Source of the DNA: Candidatus Limnocylindrus sp.
GTDB lineage: Bacteria > Chloroflexota > Limnocylindria > Limnocylindrales > Limnocylindraceae
Assembly (NCBI GenBank): GCA_040397175.1
Contig: JBBAWM010000001.1
Location: 313,976-377,975 of the forward strand
Direction of reading: 5' to 3'
DNA length: 64,000 nt
Shown here: positions 59,534 to 64,000 of the stretch, in pieces
Position numbering within the stretch: position 1 is the stretch's first letter
Layout: each line of letters begins with the position of its first letter
Position numbers and translations under genes: made by a program
Notes under the pieces: model-generated
What the model was told of the DNA's origin: nothing
The model's input: only the letters and a program-made list of their open reading frames with translations
Databases searched by the model: none

Positions 59534-60844
59534 TTGTCGATTCGGTCGTACATCATTCGTACCGATGGAGCGTGTCGGGGGAACCCTGGGCCAGCATCTA
59601 TTGGCGTGGCTCTCTATGACGTTTCGCTGCCCGGATCTGATGACCCGAACGCAATGCCCATCGCCTCGATCTCTGCAGCGATCGGCACGACTACGAATAA
59701 CGTCGCAGAATGGCGTGCTGTGGTGGCGGCGATTGACTTTGCTGCGGAGCTCGGCGCGCGTGAAATTGATCTACTCCTGGATAGCAAGCTCGTGGTTGAG
59801 CAGCTCCAGGGTCGTTGGCGTGTGCGAGACGCCAAGCTCGCCCCGCTCTGCGATGAGGCCCTAAGGGGGCTGACGCGCTTTACGCATTGGAGTGCACGCC
59901 ATGTGCCGCGCGCACTGAACGGTCGTGCCGATTCACTCGCTAATGAGGCGCTTGATCGCGCGCTGCGCGGCGGGCCAGCCTGGGTCGCTCGCCGTCCGCA
60001 AGACTTAGTCCCCGCCACGGCGACTGCTATCCCTGGCTCCGATTCTTCTGCTACTGCGGCGATGCGCATCACCGTGCTCGGCTCAGGGGCGAGCCGTGGC
60101 GTGCCGCGTGTCGGTTGTCGCTGCGGGGTCTGTCTTTCACGCGATCAGCGCAACCGCCGTCTGCGCAGCTCGGTACTCGTGGAGTGGCTCGACGGTGTCA
60201 CTGAGCGCGGCGTCATCATTGATCCCGGGATGGACCTGCGCCTGCAGGCGCTGCGCCATGGTGTCACTCGACTTGATGGTGCGCTGGTCACCCACATTCA
60301 TGTTGACCACAGCGGTGGGATTGACGAGTTGCGCGCCTATACCGATGCGCAAGATGTTGTACTGCCGATCGGCGCAGGCGAAGCGACCGCGGATGAGCTG
60401 CGAAAGCGCTGGGAGTACGCGGTTGATGGACGAACGGCACCTGGCTCGGGAATCCCTGCGCTGCAACTCGTTGCGTCGGATCGCGAGGTAACGATCGCGG
60501 GCCGCTCATTTCAGGCGATCCACATCGTTCACGGGAAGCGCCCGGCTCACGGTTGGCGGAGTGGGGGATTCGCCTATCTGACCGACGTTAGCTCGGTTCC
60601 GGCGGCATCGCGCGACCTTCTGGGCGACCTTGACCTACTGATCGTTTCGGCGCTGCGCGATCTGCCGCACCCAACGCACCAGACCGTGGACGAGGCGTTG
60701 GAGCTGATTCGAGCGGTTGCCCCACGTCGGGCGCTCCTCACCCACCTTGATCACGACCTCGACTTTGAGGATCTGGCGGCCCGCCTCCCTGCTGGGGTTG
60801 CCCCCGCCTTTGACGGGCTCGTCGTAGAGGTTCCGGCGCGCTAG
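59534..60844 (+). CDS. Ribonuclease HI fused to a PhnP-like MBL-fold phosphodiesterase
   Basis: N-terminus: TDGACRGNPG, TNNVAEW, DSKLVVEQL, NGRADSLAN. C-terminus: MRITVLGSG..VPRVGCRCGVC, THIHVDH, YLTD, HPTH, LTHLDH. One uninterrupted frame. Confidence 0.88.
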   Translation: MSIRSYIIRTDGACRGNPGPASIGVALYDVSLPGSDDPNAMPIASISAAIGTTTNNVAEWRAVVAAIDFAAELGAREIDLLLDSKLVVEQLQGRWRVRDAKLAPLCDEALRGLTRFTHWSARHVPRALNGRADSLANEALDRALRGGPAWVARRPQDLVPATATAIPGSDSSATAAMRITVLGSGASRGVPRVGCRCGVCLSRDQRNRRLRSSVLVEWLDGVTERGVIIDPGMDLRLQALRHGVTRLDGALVTHIHVDHSGGIDELRAYTDAQDVVLPIGAGEATADELRKRWEYAVDGRTAPGSGIPALQLVASDREVTIAGRSFQAIHIVHGKRPAHGWRSGGFAYLTDVSSVPAASRDLLGDLDLLIVSALRDLPHPTHQTVDEALELIRAVAPRRALLTHLDHDLDFEDLAARLPAGVAPAFDGLVVEVPAR

Positions 60845-60852
60845 ACTGCCGA

Positions 60853-61198
60853 TCCGGCGAGATGGCCGGACGGCCGCGTCGCCCCTTCGGGGGCGTCGAG
60901 GAAAGTCCGGGCTCCGAGGTGTAAAGGCAGCGGGTAACGCCCGTCCGCCGTAAGGCGCGGACTAGTGCCACAGAGACGAGTCCACCGCAGAGCTTCGGCT
61001 CAGCGGTGGGGTGAAACGCGGCAAACTCTGCCTGGAGCAAGGTCGAATAGGGAGGCATTCCAGTCGCTTGCGGCTGGACCGGCGCACCGCCGGGACCTCC
61101 GGGTTGACCGCTAGAGCCCCCGAGCAATCGGGGGTCGAGATGGATGGCCGTCCCCCCGCAAGGGGGACAGAACCCGGCTTACAGGCCATCTCGCCGGA
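60853..61198 (+). ncRNA. rnpB: RNase P RNA (type A-like, lacking P13/P14)
   Basis: P1 TCCGGCGAGATGGCC/GGCCATCTCGCCGGA; GAGGAAAGTCCGGGCTCC; AGTGCCACAGAGAC; GGAGCAAG; ACAGAACCCGGCTTA. Confidence 0.97.
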
Positions 61199-61268
61199 CT
61201 CCTACCCGTGCTCGATTCGTGCTTGGCCGCCCTCAAACCCTCTCACGTCAGACCTGCCCATGGCCCCC

Positions 61269-61330
61269 TTGACAGGGGCGAATGGTGGGGGCAAAATGCA
61301 CTTAAGTGGTTCTAAGTGGGGGAAGGTGGG
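61269..61330 (+). promoter_or_regulatory. dcw (mraZ) promoter with three MraZ-binding direct repeats
   Basis: TTGACA (61269-61274), 17 nt, CAAAAT (61292-61297). GTGG(G) at 61306, 61316 and 61326, a 10-bp period. Confidence 0.8.
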
Positions 61331-61368
61331 GTAACACCTCCCATTGGGCCGCGGCGGAGGGTGTACTG

Positions 61369-61797
61369 GTGTTTACCGGCGAATATCGTCATGCCATCGA
61401 TGGGAAGGGACGCGTTGCCGTCCCCGCGCGCTTCCGAGCGCAGCTCGATGAGGGGGCCTTCGTCTCCCGTTGGCTCGACAACTGCCTCGCGATCTTCCCG
61501 CGCGCCGCGTGGGATGACCTCGCCGCTCGCGTCGCCGCCCTGCCAACCGGCAACGCCACCGCCCGTGAATTCGCCCGCTTCCTCTTCGGCAGCGCCTTTG
61601 AAGTAGAGCTCGATGCGCAGGGCCGCCTGCTGCTCCCTGCAACGTTGCGAACCTGGGGCCAGCTCGACGCTGAAGCGATGGTCGTTGGCGCACGCGATCA
61701 CGCCGAAATCTGGACACCGAAGCGCTGGGATTCGTATCGCGGCGGCATGGAGTCTTCTGACGCTCTCGCCGCGCAACTCGAGGAGCTCGGCTTCTAA
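61369..61797 (+). CDS. mraZ: Division/cell wall cluster repressor MraZ
   Basis: FTGEYRHAIDGKGRVAVPARFR, LDAQGRLLLP, EIW. SD GGAGG. Confidence 0.96.
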   Translation: MFTGEYRHAIDGKGRVAVPARFRAQLDEGAFVSRWLDNCLAIFPRAAWDDLAARVAALPTGNATAREFARFLFGSAFEVELDAQGRLLLPATLRTWGQLDAEAMVVGARDHAEIWTPKRWDSYRGGMESSDALAAQLEELGF

Positions 61798-62756
61798 TGG
61801 CAACGGGTGCGACCCTCCATCGCCCCGTCTTACTGACTGAACTGCTCGGCGCGCTGGCGGTGCGCCCAAACGGCACCTATGTCGATGCAAACCTCGGTGG
61901 TGGCGGACACGCCGAAGCGGTGCTTGAAGCCTCCGGGCCACGCGGACTCCTTCTCGGTATTGATGCGGATGGTGGCGCGATCGCGATGAGTCGGGTGCGA
62001 CTCGCTCGCTTCGGCGACCGCCTCTCCACATTCCACGGGAGCAGCACACACCTTGTGCGCGCCATCACCGATGCGGGATTCAGTGAGGTCGACGGCGTCT
62101 ACTTTGACCTTGGGCTCTCCTCCGATCAGCTCGTCGACCGCGAACGCGGATTCGGCATTCGCGCGGGTGGCCTCCTCGACCTGCGCTTCGACACGCGCAC
62201 CGGTGAATCGGCGGCTGAGCTGGTTGCACAGGCGAGCGCTGCCGAGCTTGAGCAAATCTTCCGCGACTATGGTGAAGAGCCTCACGCGGCGAAGATTGCG
62301 CGCGCTATCGTTGCAGCGCGAGGGAGCGCGCCAATTACCACTGCAGAGGCACTTGCGGCGCTTGTAGAGCAGAGCGTGCCAAAACGATATGGCCCACCAT
62401 TGCGAATACATCCGGCAACGCGCGTCTTCCAGGCGCTGCGGATTGCCGTCAATGATGAGCTGACGGCGTTGAGCACCGCGCTCGTGGCAGCAATTGCCGC
62501 CCTTCGCGTTGGTGGGCGCATTGTCGTTCTGACCTATCACTCCCTCGAAGATCGCATCGTGAAGCAGGCGTTTGCTGCTGCCGCGCGCGACTGCATCTGC
62601 CCTCCGCGTGTACCTGTGTGTACCTGCATCAACCGAGCATCACTGCGCCTCATCACCAAGCACCCCATCACTGCAAGTGACGCGGAGATTGCGGCAAACC
62701 CGCGTAGCCGCAGCGCGAAGCTTCGCGCGGCAGAGCGATTAGAGCGCGCGGCATGA
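61797..62756 (+). CDS. rsmH: 16S rRNA m4C1402 methyltransferase RsmH
   Basis: HRPVLL, GGGGH, DLGLSSDQL, HPATRVFQALRIAVNDEL, NPRSRSAKLR. Confidence 0.97.
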   Translation: MATGATLHRPVLLTELLGALAVRPNGTYVDANLGGGGHAEAVLEASGPRGLLLGIDADGGAIAMSRVRLARFGDRLSTFHGSSTHLVRAITDAGFSEVDGVYFDLGLSSDQLVDRERGFGIRAGGLLDLRFDTRTGESAAELVAQASAAELEQIFRDYGEEPHAAKIARAIVAARGSAPITTAEALAALVEQSVPKRYGPPLRIHPATRVFQALRIAVNDELTALSTALVAAIAALRVGGRIVVLTYHSLEDRIVKQAFAAAARDCICPPRVPVCTCINRASLRLITKHPITASDAEIAANPRSRSAKLRAAERLERAA

Positions 62757-63295
62757 CGACGATCGGCCGTCCACTCCGTGGTGCGCAGTTGATGACCCCG
62801 CCATATCAGCCACGCGCCGTCGATCGTCGCTTTGCCGCCTCGGCGCGTCAGCGTGCGGCAATTCGCAACGCCTTCCAGCCTTCACAGGCTGCGACGGGGA
62901 GTGGCTCTATTCGCATCGGCACGCGCCCGCTCCCGGGAACGCCGGTTGCGCGCACGGCGGTGATGCCGGGTGCGGCCCCGCGCGGGCGCATTGGCGTCTC
63001 GTCGTGGAACGCCGTTGAGCGGCACGGCGGACTGAGTGCGAAGCTCGGCTCGCTCCTCATGCCTACCGCGGTACTCTTTGGCGCATTCTTCATGTTGACG
63101 ATCCTCTCCATTGAGATCTCAACCTCGAGCGCCAAGGTCACCACCCTGATCGACGAGCAGACCCGCCTCATGGAGGTGATCCGAGTTGGTGAGACAGATA
63201 TGAGCCGGCTCGGTCGTGAGCCGGCCGTGCGCCGTCGAGTGACGGGCCTGGGCGTCGTGCAACTCTCCGATCCACTTGTCGTGGAGGTTCGCTAA
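62753..63295 (+). CDS. FtsL-like cell division protein
   Basis: Lies between rsmH and ftsI. Single TM segment followed by a heptad coiled coil. Confidence 0.7.
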   Translation: MTTIGRPLRGAQLMTPPYQPRAVDRRFAASARQRAAIRNAFQPSQAATGSGSIRIGTRPLPGTPVARTAVMPGAAPRGRIGVSSWNAVERHGGLSAKLGSLLMPTAVLFGAFFMLTILSIEISTSSAKVTTLIDEQTRLMEVIRVGETDMSRLGREPAVRRRVTGLGVVQLSDPLVVEVR

Positions 63296-64000
63296 GTGGC
63301 GCGAGATCCTCGAAACCTGCGCACCGATTCGCACTTGCGGACCAGGGTGGTGACGGTCGTCTTGATTCTCGTTGCCATCGCCTGCGTGGCGCGGCTCGGC
63401 TACTGGCAGGTGATCGCGCGAGATCAACTCCTTGAGGCGGGTGCGGCACAGATGCGCTCAACTGTCACGAACGAGCCGATTCGGGGCACCATCACGGATC
63501 GCACCGGCGCCGTGGTACTGGCCACGACGGTCCTTCGTCACCGACTCCTCTCGCAGGGGTCTACCTTCTCAACGGCAGACCGAACTTTGACCGCCGACGC
63601 GTTAGCGACCGCACTTGGGCTGAGTCTGCCGATCGCCACCAAGGTGCGGGCCGCGCTTACCTCGGGTCGCAAGTGGGCGGTGCTCCTCCCCGCACTTGAC
63701 GACGCTCAGACCGATGTCGTTCGGGGCGAGATCGCGGCGGGCCGCGTGCGCGGTGTCACCCTTGAAGAGGTTCGGGTGCGCCTCTACCCGCAGCCGGGTG
63801 GTGGCGTTGGCGCCACCCTCGCGAGCCACATCCTCGGCTTCGTCAACTCCGATGGGGGCGGCCAGTATGGCCTCGAGCAGTACTACAACGAACAGCTGGC
63901 CGGTGCAGCGAGCGTCAGTACGACGGTGCGTGGCCCTGATGGGCAGCTGCAGACGACGCAGGTAAGTGCGGGCAGGAGCCCATCGAATCTGCAGCTCTGC
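63296..64000 (+). CDS. ftsI: Class B penicillin-binding protein FtsI, 3'-truncated by the window edge
   Basis: Not in the ORF track. Manual translation from GTG 63296 gives a TM helix, RLGYWQV, PIRGTITDRTG, RLYP and ASHILGFVNSDGGGQYGLEQYYNEQLAG. Confidence 0.9.
   Translation, partial: MARDPRNLRTDSHLRTRVVTVVLILVAIACVARLGYWQVIARDQLLEAGAAQMRSTVTNEPIRGTITDRTGAVVLATTVLRHRLLSQGSTFSTADRTLTADALATALGLSLPIATKVRAALTSGRKWAVLLPALDDAQTDVVRGEIAAGRVRGVTLEEVRVRLYPQPGGGVGATLASHILGFVNSDGGGQYGLEQYYNEQLAGAASVSTTVRGPDGQLQTTQVSAGRSPSNLQLC

Overview
High-GC, very densely packed bacterial chromosome segment that is almost entirely core or housekeeping. I infer a streamlined Chloroflexota- or Actinobacteria-like organism from gene content and style; this was not checked against a database. 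Contents in order: ppc (5'-truncated), plsY, lpdA-lipA-add, a BspA-type LRR surface protein behind tRNA-Glu, an M14 hydrolase/dipeptide epimerase pair, an NCS2 purine permease, a CrtEb/LyeJ-like prenyltransferase with a CrtI-family desaturase, trxA, folE-mutase B12 subunit-meaB, an M16 peptidase pair, a cluster of apparently degenerate enzyme folds around a TPR-rhomboid, a class II aldolase, a polyamine ABC/aminotransferase operon, mrp, tig-clpP-clpX-valS, glyQS, dnaG-rpoD, an orphan parB, the mutase large subunit with mce, sucCD, sdhCDAB, an RNase HI-PhnP-like fusion, rnpB and the start of the dcw cluster. Five tRNAs are present. I saw no transposase, integrase, prophage or CRISPR array. Most notable: (1) the RNase HI/metallo-beta-lactamase fusion abutting rnpB; (2) pervasive TANNNT-6/8 nt-ATG leaderless gene starts, including back-to-back bidirectional promoters; (3) several motif-dead enzyme folds clustered in one locus; (4) an RpoD with a ~190-aa histone-H1-like N-terminus; (5) a structured leader upstream of the purine permease; (6) an RNase P RNA lacking P13/P14. 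All family assignments come from manual motif recognition.
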